Positions 28,924 through 41,802 are shown, numbered from the stretch's first letter. The stretch: 64,000 nt of DNA from Balanoglossus misakiensis (GCA_040954595.2 CM082577.2:9635846-9699845), one strand, 5' to 3'. Numbers and translations are program-made. Notes: generated from the letters alone by a model not told the origin.

Positions 28924-30683
28924 TCCCAGTTTTGTGCCTCTGCAGTCTGACGCAATTCCTTCCCCGTATTCTTCCTGATAAAAAACTCTCACCGAGGATC
29001 GACTGCGCTCATTCCGGGAGATTCTTTTTCTCGTTACGGTACATCGCTGACTAATCCGCCTGGCTTTCTACCATCTGGAATTGTGATCCCGGAATGAGGA
29101 TTTACGTCAGGAATCGGGTAATCGACGTTCGTAACATTTCAATGGTGAAATTAAACATTATCCTGGGCTGTACGTTACTAATCTGCTGGCTGTGGTAAAT
29201 GCATCCTGGACGCAACTTTGGATTGGAAAAGAAATATTTCATACTAGTTGTGTAACCATGTAGCTGGGAAGTTGTATATCATACATGTATGTTAAGCCCA
29301 GATACGCCCAGGCCTCCAAATTGAACTGAAACAATACATGGATCTGTTTATCTCGAGAAAATTGAAGCATTACCATGGTAACAGGCTGTTATTATTACCA
29401 CATGAAATGTACTGTTTCAGCTTTAGGTCGTGAAAGAGGACTGTGCAAAAAAAATTTAAGCCGTTCAAAGAATTACGAGAGCACTGAACTGAATCAAAGT
29501 GAGTTATATCAGACTCCATACATACATGCACAAGTACCCACAACTACGGTACGATAAAAATGTATTTAGATTTTATGCAAAATGGGCATATTTTGTCTCC
29601 AGGTTAATTCTGCCTAATCTACTGAGAAAAGCAGTAACGAGAGCAATTGAAATCATTTCAATGTAAATAAGCAGGAAAATCTCCTGTTTCTAATCAGAAA
29701 TGTCAAATTTTGACATTATAAGGCAGGTTGATTTCAGTATGTAAAAAAATGTAATGCTGTATTGATCACTTGCTGTCTGCTTATAATATTTTTCCAAAGG
29801 TTGTGCAAAGGTTAAAATGAACGAGTTGACTTTAGTTTAAAATAGCTTGAGAAAATGTTTTTTATCGGGCAATATATTTTCATTGCATAAAAGCGATGAT
29901 GATGTAACTACATGTAACTGACAAAAGAAAATTTTGTTAAGCAAATGAAAAAAAGTCACACTGACGCATGTTGATAATTTTGTCACAGTTGCTATGTTTT
30001 ATTTGAGGGAATTTTTAATGGGAGATTGTGAGTGAAACTAGCCTGTCATCATGATTTTATAAGGCTTCTTTGATTTTAGAGAAACAAGTATTTTCTGCTG
30101 GGTTTAAGAAAACCCCATGGTACGATCACATCCTTGGCTCCAGTGTAATTATATTTTTCCCCTCATATTGAGTTTCCATCCAATGTTTCATAACATCTAT
30201 GCCCGCCAGTCTCCAGGCAGTCGTCTACGAATCAAGCTGTGTAATAATAATAATGACTAGGAATGAACACAACCCAATTAAGGTTTTAAGATTTCATCCT
30301 TCAGATTGGACCAAAAAACAGAAATATTAAAACTGAGCTCGAGCTGATGAAAGAATGTGCATATATGTACCTCCAGGCGATGCTAATTAGAAACCGATGT
30401 TTGTTTGCGTCTCTGATGTAAATCTGAGTCGATACGGGCGTTTGCTGGGAAGATATCTGACAGGTGGCTTTGGGTGGAGACGAAAGAATTCTGTGGAGCT
30501 GAGTGATGTGAGAGTCTTTTGTGTCACACAATGAAACAGCCAATGACGTTACTCGATTTAAGACTCTGTCAGTCATTGTGAACATAGCCAGCCAAAACAG
30601 ACGGCAATATATAAAATGATTGTTGCAAAGCATATCCAGATCACTGCTCTACATATGTACCCTTTTTGAAAGTTGCAACATTA

Positions 30684-30899
30684 AACAGACAGTAAGTTTT
30701 CGAACCACTGAATCTAAACATTGTTTCTTAAATGTTCAAATCTGATTAGTGCGTACCGTGAGCATTCTGGTTGTTCAAAGCATCTGTCTGAACAGACAGT
30801 AAGTTTTCGAACCACTGAATCTAAACATTGTTTCTTAAATGTTCCAATCTGGTCGGTGCGTATACCGTGAGCATTCCGGCTGTTCAAAACATCTGTCTG
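30684..30899. repeat. Tandem duplication, two ~107-bp units
   Basis: AACAGACAGTAAGTTTTCGAACCACTGAATC...CATCTGTCTG starts at 30684 and again at 30791. Confidence 0.9.
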
Positions 30900-32585
30900 C
30901 AGAAATTAAGCAGTGCTTGCAATGTTCCCAAGCAACCGTCTCATTATACGTCTTTATAGTAATCACTTTCCACTTATCAGTCAATCACCAAACGTGTGTA
31001 AGTAGTTGTAGTAGGGGATTAAACCATGAATAATGACATTTTGAATGCATGGATGAGGAAGAGAGTGTGATGTCACTTCAACTGCCATTAAAGGGACAAT
31101 ACACTCCGACACACAGTTATTAAAGGGAAAGTATGCCATTTAAACTGACAACCATTAAAGGTCAAAGGTCACTATTAATGTCCCATTGTGTACGTGGCAT
31201 TGTCCCTTAAATGGTCATGAGTAGCATTTTTGTAATGATCAATTTACAACGCAGAGATTGTGTGGATTCACGTTTTTTTACCAAATACTAAAACTTGCAA
31301 GGAATTAATCTTGATAGTCCCTCTAAAAGTTATGTATGTGCCGGTATAATATCCAACAGACAGAAAGTGTTGCCAGTGTCAACTGTACTTTGGGATTAGG
31401 ATTGTCATAATCAGTCTTGCATAGTTCATAAATACATCACGATAACAATTTAGAGGTGGCTTGTTCTGTTAGGAGAAAATCCTACACAACACAAAAAAGC
31501 TTTCCTTGATGTTTTCTGTTTAAATTAAATCCAGGAGAAATTACACAAAAGAATAGTTGAAAGCCTTTCCCTCTGACGATGTTAGACACCGGAAAAAACT
31601 GTGCCCAAAGCTAAACGGTGAACAAAGTACGTCTTCACCTTTTTAACTCGGCATCAAAGTGGGTTGGGTTTTATCCGCAGGGCTTTAATCAACACAGGAC
31701 ACCGGGCGTCGCCGCAGTGAAATGTCGCTTGTTCAAACGCAAGTGGATGAGGTCATATTCTAAAACCAACTTTTCAAGTCTCTCTGAAAGGAGAACTTTG
31801 TTCGATCGCTCAGTTCTCAGAACTTTCACGAAATGTCTCAAGGGTACGGAGATCGAGAGAGAGGACTGTGTAACTGTATTGTCGATGATCAATGCGAAAT
31901 TCTGCCAACCTCCCACTCGTTTAGCACCCACTGTTCAATGCGATATTCATCATTCTGGATTAAAACTTCAGCTCGGTTGTCAGTGTATGAAATTCTCTGC
32001 AAATCTAAAAAAAAATCTGTTCTCTGGGACCCTTTCAACTTCACCGTATGATAAAGTGCTAAAAATGTTCCGCTCTTCTCAAAATAGCTCTGCAAAGTGC
32101 ACATTTTGCAATATTTTTCCTCTTCAAGTGACACGCATGTGCCGTATGCTCCTGACAAACAGCGAGTTTCCAGCATCTGTTGCCGACATTGATTTATTAG
32201 CCGACTAGGGTACCAGGACACCGGCAGTACTAAAATTATACTGGTACATTACAAAATATGTACAGGTACCCAATTAAATATGAACAAGTTTGTAGCCGAA
32301 AATATGTCCCGTATTAAAACCCCTGACTATTAGTTTTGCCGATGTTTTATGACCAGTCATCGCGTTTTATGGGGTATTTTCAATCACTGGCGAGTTATGC
32401 TGTCTGAGCTGTGAGACTTCTGTACCCTTTGGCTTCAGCTAAGGAAAAAAGACGAAGCAGAAGACAAAAATGTCTGTACAAGGATGTATGCTGGCGCTCT
32501 TCCATTACTCAAAGCATCTACATGTAGTTTGCTAGTTGCTCATGATTTTTTTCTAACAGAATTTTTGTGTCACATTAATTTGCAG

Positions 32586-33123
32586 GGGGAGAGGACCCCA
32601 CTGGACAGAGCACCTCACCACGCTACCTCAGAACACAAATTTCAATTCAACCCCAACAGGGACAGTCTGGACCCTAAAAATGTGAACGATAATGTGCAAA
32701 AATCAAGAGACAACAACGCTCAGTTTTTGAACAAAAACGGCAGGACTATAAACCTCAACCAGGAGAACAAGCTGTTTGTGGACTTCAACAAACAGCCGCA
32801 GCAGCAGCAGCATAGCAATGACGTTCTGCAGCCGAATAACGCTGGCGTCATCGGCGTTGTGGACCGCCATGAAAATTTGCAAAAAGTGCGACCGGATATC
32901 GGGAATCTTGCGCCACTGGGAAAGAACGGAAATGCCGGCGGCGTGGAAAACATTCAAAATCAGGGATTTCTGGCCAGGTGTACCATAACCGGGAAGGACG
33001 CGCTGTCAGCGCTGATGAGGGCCGAGTCTCCGCAGTGCAAACAGGAGATCGCCGACACCTACTGCAGCATCGAGGAGGGCATTATCTATCCGCAGATTCT
33101 GCCCAGAATGTGTCCGTTACCAG
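32586..33123 (+). CDS. XYLT: Xylosyltransferase, first visible exon (stem region and Cys-rich N-terminal motif)
   Basis: ttgcag| acceptor, |gtaatg donor; encodes CTITGKDALSALMRAESPQCKQEIADTYC...LPRMCP, matching the conserved XYLT N-terminal motif. Confidence 0.9.
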
Positions 33124-33410
33124 GTAATGGGTGTCTTTGATTGGTCTCTCTATAAAGTGTTCAACTCGATCTTGTGTCAGTGTAAATTTCAAGGATTTCA
33201 TGGAATAAGAATGTGCTTCTACTTTTAACCAGTCAAACTCTATTATTTTCTCATCAGAATCAGTGATGATTATGCCAAAAAGTTGCTGCATATGTGTACA
33301 TATACACATTACCTGTGCATCTTGCAAGGTTATTATAATTGTAATACAATATTTTAATCATGATTTTAACAAAATTCTCTGTCATACACGTTAACCCTTC
33401 CATTTCACAG

Positions 33411-33583
33411 GCAAGCCCATGATGCAAGTCGAATTCCGAGCAGACCGGTTCAATCCAGCCATTGACAAGCCAGTCAGAATTGTCTTCATCCTAATCGTGC
33501 ACGGCCGAGCATTCCGACAGGTCAGGAGACTCTTCAAAGCCCTCTATCACGTGGACCATTATTTCTACATTCACGTAGACGCA
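33411..33583 (+). CDS. XYLT: Xylosyltransferase exon (start of GT14 catalytic domain)
   Basis: ttcacag| ... |gtaagt, phase 1 to 0; [37 protein letters not shown]. Confidence 0.95.
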
Positions 33584-33863
33584 GTAAGTGCTGTAACCTT
33601 TCTCTGTTATTTTCTTTTTCAAATTTACAGTCACGTAATCAGTTGAATGATAAAGGGATTTGATTAGAATGTATAGACTGTTCATTCTGTATTTGAATTT
33701 GGAGGGTACAACATATTTTCTGTGATAATATTTTGCTGAAGAGAAAAAGAGACAGCTAGAGAGAGAGAGAGCTCACTAATTAGATGAACTGGCAATGCTT
33801 TAAGGGCACAGGAGTTCAACAGAAGTCCCAACTCGTACAGACTGAGGGTCCATAATTGACTGT

Positions 33864-33998
33864 ACAGATTCCCGACTTTGCAAAATTTGGTGATTTTTGT
33901 CATGTTTGAACGTTATTCATGGGTTATATAGCTCATGAAAATTGTCGAATATGACAAATTCCCGAGTTTGATAATGTTGTGATTTTGTCATTTTTGAA
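33864..33998 (+). repeat. Diverged ~1.5-unit relative of the 88-bp satellite
   Basis: CATGGGTTATATAGCTCATGAAAATTGTCGAATATGACAAATTCCCGAGTTTG aligns with the satellite monomer. Confidence 0.75.
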
Positions 33999-34054
33999 CA
34001 TCTGCACTTGCCAAAGAACGATGGCTGACATTTTTTGTTTCTGCGTGCTTTCAG

Positions 34055-34257
34055 CGGTCTGATTACCTGCACAGAGAGCTGATCAAGATGGCGCAGTGGT
34101 ACCCGAACGTGCGCATCGCACCCTGGAGGATGTCCACGATATGGGGAGGTGCCAGCTTGCTACAGATGATACTGAAATGCATGGCCGATCTGCTGGAGAT
34201 GAAGGACTGGCACTGGGATTTCTTTATTAATCTCAGCGAATCTGATTTTCCCATCAA
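34055..34257 (+). CDS. XYLT: Xylosyltransferase exon
   Basis: tttcag| ... |gtaagt; RSDYLHREL...[13 protein letters not shown]...[14 protein letters not shown] (translated by hand; not in the ORF track). Confidence 0.95.
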
Positions 34258-34429
34258 GTAAGTGGATGTATAGATCTGGGTGAATTGAATTTCCCCTTGT
34301 GTAGGAAGTCTGAATGAATCTAATTTTCCAATGAAGTGTAGTGTTATATGTGGTGGATGTAAAAAAAAACATTGTCCGAACTGTGCATCTTGTCTAAGAT
34401 AGTGAGTTTTTCCTAACTTGCATTCAAGT

Positions 34430-34521
34430 TTAACCCTTTCACCACCACGGTTTGGTCCAAATCTATTGTTTTCTATGGCAAATCTGGACCTCTATAGAGG
34501 GAACTGGGGTGAAAGGGTTAA
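34430..34521. mobile_element. Tiny piggyBac-like MITE in XYLT intron
   Basis: TTAA|CCCTTTCACC ... GGTGAAAGGG|TTAA: TTAA duplication and CCC/GGG termini. Confidence 0.8.
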
Positions 34522-34668
34522 TATACATAACCTCAGTGTGTGTAAAAATCATTAATGTGAAGCCTACCAATAGTTATAAAATGATTTTTGCTTATTCAGA
34601 CACAGAATTGTATTTGACAATTGAGTTTAAAATCAAATCTTTGTGTTTATTTTTTCTTATTCCCTTAG

Positions 34669-34749
34669 ACCCAACAGCCAGCTGGTGGCCTTTTTGTCGG
34701 TGAACAAAAATTCCAACTTCCTGAAATCACACGGCAGGGACGATGCAAA
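34669..34749 (+). CDS. XYLT: Xylosyltransferase exon
   Basis: ccttag| ... |gtaggt, phase 2 to 2; PNSQLVAFLSVNKNSNFLKSHGRDDA. Confidence 0.93.
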
Positions 34750-35268
34750 GTAGGTCTAAGCTTCTTTTCCTTTCTAACTCTCAAAGAATTAACTGCTGTA
34801 AGGATATACCTTTTAAGTTGATTGAGAGAATAAAGATCAAATTTCTTTAATGTTTTAACTCTCTGAGCCCCTTTCAGGGATAAGACCCCCCTCCCTCTGA
34901 CATGATGTCATAGGTGAGGTTACAAGAGAGTCGGGATTCAAACGGGTAACCCTTTGCACCTAGACTTGTTCATTGCCCAATGGGGGCGCTGCACTTCACT
35001 TCGCTGTTCCTAAGGGCAAGTCATTTTGTCCAGTCCTAGCACATCATTGCACATAAGATCATGTCTTTTTCTTCTTCTAAACTCGACCCTCATCAAGTTG
35101 TCACTATGCAGGCATATACAGGGCACAAATTCAATGACCGTGTTATGTTGGAATAATTGTATTTGGCTATTCTGACCAAATGCGATAATATAAAGACATT
35201 TTTTTTCTGAAAATCTGTCTCAGAGGCACATAAACATTCTTCCGTATTATTTCTGCCATACACACCAG

Positions 35269-35485
35269 GTTCATCAGAAAACAGGGTCTGGATAGGACAT
35301 TCCTGGAGTGTGACAATCACATGTGGCGGCTGGGCGATCGTCACCTGCCCAAGGGGATATCGATCGATGGAGGCTCCGACTGGATTGCATTGAACCGACA
35401 ATACTGCGAATACCTGGTCACCTCCGATGACTCCCTCATCTCTGGAATCAAGAATTTCTACAAATATACCCTACTGCCTGCCGAG
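35269..35485 (+). CDS. XYLT: Xylosyltransferase exon
   Basis: caccag| ... |gtgagt; [24 protein letters not shown]...DGGSDW...YTLLPAE. Confidence 0.96.
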
Positions 35486-36044
35486 GTGAGTTTTAGGGTT
35501 GACATTCTTCGCTGGTGAATTTTCTGGCATGTGAAATTTAGTACCAAGTGTGGTCGACCTCTCCCTTTCAGAACTTTTGCATCAGCAAGTAGCATTGTAT
35601 CTTTTAAACTAAATATATTTAATGGGAAATGTGCCCATGTCACAAAAATGTAGCTGTATCGATACAGTAGGAATACTGGCTGAATTTGTCGCTGGCTTTT
35701 GTGTACATTTTCACTGACATACATGTACATAGTGGAAATCGTTTGATGATTTGTTTTATTAAAAAGTAATTATATAGTGATATTTCTGAAGGATGTTCAT
35801 CAGTCCTACAACTTAGATTCACCCATCTTGGACAGTCCCATAAAATGTCATTAGCTACCTGTGAAAATTGCCAACTCATGTTATCATTTTATGATAATCT
35901 TTAGTTTTTCTGCACTGATTATGTTGTTGGTCTTCGTTTTCATGATTCCTCCTGAAAAATAACAACCGTAGCCTCAAATATTTCCCATGAAAGTTTTGGA
36001 ATTTTTTGAGTTGGTTTTATTGTATCTCCTTCTCTCCCTGTCAG

Positions 36045-36221
36045 TCATTCTTCCACACAGTGCTGGAGAATAGCGAGCTCTGTGAGACCATGGTGGATAA
36101 TAACTTGCGTGTCACAAACTGGAAACGAAAACTAGGCTGTCAGTGTCAGTACAAGCACATCGTTGACTGGTGTGGTTGCTCGCCAAATGACTTCAAACCG
36201 GAAGATTTGCAGAAAGTCAAG
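36045..36221 (+). CDS. XYLT: Xylosyltransferase exon
   Basis: tgtcag| ... |gtactt; [10 protein letters not shown]...[35 protein letters not shown]. Confidence 0.96.
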
Positions 36222-36739
36222 GTACTTTTTTATCACACACCAACACATGCAAAATCTATATGGACATGACCAACTTTCCTGTAAAGGGAAACCCAGAATT
36301 TGGTTCATCTATACTACAAGAAGACATAGAAATACACTCATATACATGTTATATGGTCATAAATGTTTGTGTCTTTGTGCCCGCATCATGTAAAGTTCGA
36401 CATTTTTATTATAATTCCAGAAGACCTCTTTTTTTCTGAATTTTAATTTAACTGTACCGTTAAAAACCACTTGGTATGGTGATGAATAGAGAACAAAATC
36501 GCTTTAACTTAAACTTTGTTTTCAAAATGGCAACCAAACTCTAGAGATTCAATATATCTACATGCATGATACTTCAACTGCATGTAGCTACCACAACTTG
36601 GTTTAACCTCTTTCTTCAGTAGAATGGCTGGACTTGAATATACTGTAGTAATGAGCAGGTACACTGAGTGTGCATGGGCTTTAGGGAATGAAAGACATCT
36701 TGTCGCCCATGTTTTGAATATTAATTTTTTCTTCTTCAG

Positions 36740-37195
36740 GTAACCAGGCCTGCCTTCTTTGCCAGGAAATTCGAACCAGTCATCAACCAAGAGTCTATCA
36801 ACCAGCTGGACGCCTGGCTGTACGGGGAGTACCCGGTCGGGACGTCCGGCGTGGACTCCTACTGGCAGAACATGTACCACATGGACGACGACGTCTTGAA
36901 GACCCCGGACGTCAGCTGGACTCACTACCAGGCGTTCATCCGGCTGGCGTCGGAGAACTTCCGGGCGTCCATCCAGAGCGTGGAATACCAGGAAGGCTGC
37001 ATGTATGCCTTCAACATGGCTCCGGTGGAGGTGAACATGTTCTTCCAGAGCGACGAGTTCCAGGGGATTTTGATTATGTACGAGGGGATGTCTCGCACGG
37101 GCCAGAAGGACTGGTTGGAGACCTGGCTGGTGCCGCACAGACAGTTGGATATCATCGACCCGACAGGTCCAGCAAGTAGATTACTCTCTATCCAG
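36740..37195 (+). CDS. XYLT: Xylosyltransferase exon (ends at GC donor)
   Basis: cttcag| acceptor; RPAFFARKFEPVINQ...YWQNMY...RLLSIQ; donor CAG|GCAAGT. Confidence 0.92.
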
Positions 37196-37504
37196 GCAAG
37201 TTTTTTTTTCATTTTTTAAACCCTCCAAGTTTTAACAGTTATTTTTCTCCACTTCTTAAGTCAGGTCAGTTCATTGGAGATAATAGACAGTATTGTCTTG
37301 GAGGAAAACTCCAGTTTGAAAAGGGCTTTGTGTCTTCTTCAAATTTATCTGAAAAGAAAGTTGCAATTTCACCCACAGCTTGTATTGTAGAGTTGAACAC
37401 TGATGGACCAGTTCCATAAGTGTCAGACTGATGCAGTCTGGGATATACGACAATACAGCTCCCTGACCTTGGTACCATTTCAATATCTTATGCTTTATCA
37501 CCAG

Positions 37505-38185
37505 GTGAGCACGGAGTACGACTTGAAAGAACGCGTCTTCCGTAACTTCGGCGGTTTGATGGGCCCCTACGACGATCCCCGAGTGCTCCTTCGAATCAGC
37601 CCGGGCGAGATGTACGCCGTGACGCTGATGTGGCTGGACCCCATCGACCAGGTGGCCGAGGTCCACGACGTCAACCTGGAGGCGGACGCGGAGATCGCGT
37701 ACTACAAGACGGATTTCTACAAGCCGCTGCGGCCCGGGAAGTGGAAGTTGAAGATGGTCCACAACCAGAGGGTGGTCGCCGAGACGTCGTTCCACGTACT
37801 GCCCGTGAGCGTGCGGAACATGAAGGCCGTCACGGAGGCAGACACGTGGAACATGCACAACGGCCCGCCCCAAGGGGCATACAAGCCCAACGAGAAAACG
37901 TACTACGGATTCGAGGTGCTCTCCCAGGAATCCAAGAGCGCGGCCTTGAACTTAGTCCGGGAGAACAGCCGCAAGACCGGATTCGAGCTGACCGAGTGGA
38001 TAGACGGTCTGGTCAGCGATTCCTGGAAGGTCCTGGAGACCTGTGTGACGATAGCTGGGAAAAGCATCGATAGGACTACATCGTGTTCCGTTGTCAAACA
38101 GTGCGAGAACACCAGCTGGAGCTCCCGGTCTCCAGACCCGAAATCAGAACTCGGGCCGATTAAAAGCAACGGCAGGATCAGGTAG
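37505..38185 (+). CDS. XYLT: Xylosyltransferase last coding exon (Xylo_C domain and C-terminus)
   Basis: caccag|; VSTEYDLKERVFRNFGG...KPLRPGKW...TSWSSRSPDPKSELGPIKSNGRIR*, the characteristic XYLT C-terminus. Confidence 0.96.
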   Translation: MSTEYDLKERVFRNFGGLMGPYDDPRVLLRISPGEMYAVTLMWLDPIDQVAEVHDVNLEADAEIAYYKTDFYKPLRPGKWKLKMVHNQRVVAETSFHVLPVSVRNMKAVTEADTWNMHNGPPQGAYKPNEKTYYGFEVLSQESKSAALNLVRENSRKTGFELTEWIDGLVSDSWKVLETCVTIAGKSIDRTTSCSVVKQCENTSWSSRSPDPKSELGPIKSNGRIR

Positions 38186-40001
38186 TGAAGACTGCAGTGT
38201 ATATTTAAGACTGAATGAACAGTACTGCTTATATACATTTCTACTGCAAGGGCTTTCTGCTCGGTGTAACTACAGACATTTCGCTGTTCACATTGTCACA
38301 CAGTGCAAGTGTTACCATGGCGCAGGTCGACCTTTGACATCTGAGAACGGGAGTTCGAGTTTTCCCAGTTTTTAAACAATTTTGCGAGTTCAGAATAAAT
38401 GTGAACTTGAAGTTCATAGTGGGACTTCAATGAAACTTCACTTGATGGAAAACTACATGTATGTATATCTCTCATGAATTATGAAAATGGTTCTGTGCAG
38501 TGACATGCAGACAGTGAGTCTGGTGCATTTTATGTGACATACATCCATGGCAGGTGATTCAATTGAGACTCTCAAATGATATTTTGATCTTCCCAGGAAT
38601 TGGTGCATCGTTCCTTTGCAGAATAAACAAGACAAACAAAATAACAATGGCAGTCATTACTCCCTGAAACCAGTATTGGATTATAAATAAGCATAGTGTA
38701 ATATAATCTTTCTGTCACGAAAAGACCACAAGCAGAAAATATTTTGTTTAAAAAAAGATTGTCAAATTTTACTGCCATTTATGTTTTACTGATTTGATCT
38801 TTGCTGAGTGGGGTTCTTTTTTCGTTTTGCCAAGGCATCCATGTACCAGTGACTCGTCAAATGGGCGGATAAAATTGAATGCCAATTTTGGTCAAAATTA
38901 ACGAAATGTGTTTTATTTTATTTTCATTCTCAGCAATATATGTTGGTTATTTTGTTATTTTAAAATATCCTGTGTCATTTGTGAGGTGGAAAGTTTCTTC
39001 CTCTTTCTATGATGCACACAGCAGCAACACCAAAGTTATTTTACTTTCCAAATTCCATCCTTTTTGTATCAAAGTCCTAATAGCTGTATCTTTTTTGAAA
39101 TCAAAAGCAACTTGCAACAAAAGCTACATGTACATCATTTGCAGAGGTTTTTATTCGCAAATAATCATGTGTATGATACAAAGAAAAAGTCACTGAAATA
39201 ACTGTCGCTATTATTTTGTCTTGTTTTGTAAGTATAGTGTCTAGGATAAATAGCTGATAGTAATTTATATAGTTTTTCAGGAATAATTCAGAACTGAAAT
39301 TTTTTGTACGGAAAAAAATATCTTTGTCATTTACACAATGTAGAAATCTGGGCTTTGATTGGAAGAATGCAGAAAAACTCTGGAGACAGTTCTTGTTGTA
39401 GTGCTGTGCTTTTAAAGGTGATTTGTTTTTCATTGCAATGCCTAATAGTTGGTCAGGTTAGCAATAGAAGAACTGAAAATGGGAAAATATGTGGCCGCCT
39501 TTATTTTGCTTTTGTAAGTAAAATCCTATGTGTAGGTCTGTGGTATGACTGGATCCACAACTTTATTATGTAGAAAAAACTTAGAATCTAGCAATACTTT
39601 GGTGTATATCATCTATGTAGTACAAGAGCTGGGGCTGTGTGTGCTGAGGTTATAATCTTATAATTTCCTTCACCTATTTCTACCCGTGTTTAATACAATA
39701 AACTGTCATCCAATCAGTGGCTTCGTACTACTTTATGCCAGCCAATCAGTAGTCTCAGTCTAACGGTGACTGCAAAGTAGCTGTTACGAATTTTTTTACT
39801 GGTCAGTCATGGAAAGAAATTTCTGGTTTTTATTTTCCCCTTTTTATGTGCCAATAAAATTTACTATTTTTTTCTTGACTTCTGAATTCCATCCAGGCAG
39901 TCACTTGGGTTGCTTTGTGTCTCGATTTACATAATCACACACTGGATATTTATTACAAAATGATATCATTTTTTTTACAAAATAATGTAACTACACACAG
40001 A

Positions 40002-40285
40002 TGCCCTTTTTCCATTAATTATGTTTGATACAAGACACCGTTTATGTGGATATATAGTGAATCAGCATTCAACCACACACACCTTCCATCCCATTTGTAG
40101 GATATGAGAGTAAAAATCTCGCCCAAAATGAATAAATGGTAGAGTTTTTCACTATCGTGTGTACAAATGGGATGGATGTTGTGTGTGGTTGAACGTTGAT
40201 TCACTATATGTAGAATAACATAAACGGTATCTTGTATAAAACATAATGGAAAAAGGGCAACGAGAGAGAGACTTTGTCCCTTTAA
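40002..40285. mobile_element. Foldback MITE family B, copy lacking its outer left terminus
   Basis: Colinear with 24482-24827; ends CGAGAGAGAGACTTTGTCCCT|TTAA. Confidence 0.85.
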
Positions 40286-41706
40286 AGTGTTCATCAAAAC
40301 TTCATACAATCATTGCCCGATAATCATAATTTTGTTTTATTGTCTTGAAAACAATGACAGATTGAAATCGTAGACAGTAAAAGTTTCTACTGTCTATGGT
40401 AAAATGCACCATCATAGCAATACAGCACAATAAATTCTTTTGTCTTTATTTCTTTGACAAGCTTATTAATTACGGGATCCATATAAACAAAGCTTTTGTT
40501 CAATTCTAACCTTATCAAAAAGTGATTACCGGTATTTAAAATAGAGAAGGTTTTATCTGTATTTACAACTTTCGACAGATTTGCAAACAGAAGTCCATGT
40601 CAGAGAGTTTATTTTTTTCCAATTTATGTGAATATAGACTTTATCTTGAATAGTAATTTTGGGGAAAAATTTAGTGGTCAAGTCAGCCACTTGCTACATT
40701 TTGATTAATATTTTTTATGATAAGAATCGTTCAGTTTGATTAGAAAAAAATCTTCAACAAAAAATTAAAAACAACCTTGTTCATTTCTAAGTCAGGAACT
40801 GTCTAAATTTTGTTTCTGTTGCTGTTTTGCACTAAGAGTATGCTGGCACACCCATCATTCATTCCTGTCCTAACTGCCATTGTACAACACTGGAGATACT
40901 TTGTATAGTCCGTGTTGATCTGTTGTCAATGCTTCTTTTAGAAGCGTGTAACATGACACCAGTCGATACACACAACAAAAAATCGATATCAATGTGGATA
41001 AAAAACCAGACTCAATTCCTCTGTTGGTTATAAGGCAAAAGCATCAGGGGTTGATTGATTTTAATTTAGTACTTCAAGCAACTTCTGTGAAGTTTTCAGA
41101 AACAATTTGTTTTACGTTATTTTTTTTAAAGTTGTTCTTGTCTTTATATAAAATAAAGATTGTATACATGACCAGTTCTCAAAAATACACTGGTCCATGT
41201 ATAAAATCTTGAATCTGGTCACGGAGAACATTGACATTATTCATTCAAATCATGTAGATGGTAGAAGATACGCTGTAACTTTGTAAATTTCATAATTTTA
41301 AGAGAATTAGAATCTTTGTAAGAAATAATGGTTATCAAGACCTGCAAATCTGAGTTCACATTCAGGTAACAATGATAGAAATCAATGTTTTTGTTTATAC
41401 GTCCATTGTAATATTTTCTTTTACAGAAATATTTCTTTATTATTTCTGTCTGAATACTTGAAATTGTGATAATGAAATTTGGTGGAATCAGAATTGGGAT
41501 GAACTCAGTTCAAAGAGATATTCTTGTTCTTCCAATTGTTCTCACCACTTATATCATAATGTATATATTACTCTAATAAATAACTCTATTTTATTTGCAT
41601 AAGTTGTCTCAGGATTTCTGTTTGTTACTAAAACTAAGTGGGACGTTGAACACCGTTAACTCTAACTTTTGGCTATTTTTGAGTATTTTCATGTATCAAG
41701 TAACTG

Positions 41707-41802
41707 TATTCTGCACATGCGCCGCGATGCACAGCTTAGTACATGTATAAAATAAAGTCGCCACACACCAGAGATAAATATACATTGTAGTAATAAACAT
41801 AT
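41707..41802 (+). repeat. Left copy of direct repeat flanking the satellite
   Basis: TATTCTGCACATGCGCC...TAAAATAAAGTCGCCACACACCAGAGATAAATATA...GTAATAAACATAT; recurs at 47706-47803. Confidence 0.85.

Noticed and set aside
31618-32208. 196-aa ORF upstream of XYLT as a missing exon or nested gene
   Set aside because: No signal anchor, no recognisable motif, no convincing splice sites, non-coding-like composition.
1-32585. Autonomous transposase or reverse transcriptase ORF
   Set aside because: No DDE, tyrosine-recombinase or RT motifs recognised in any listed ORF.
36509-37873. Minus-strand ORFs of ~200 aa
   Set aside because: Antisense shadows of GC-rich XYLT exons.
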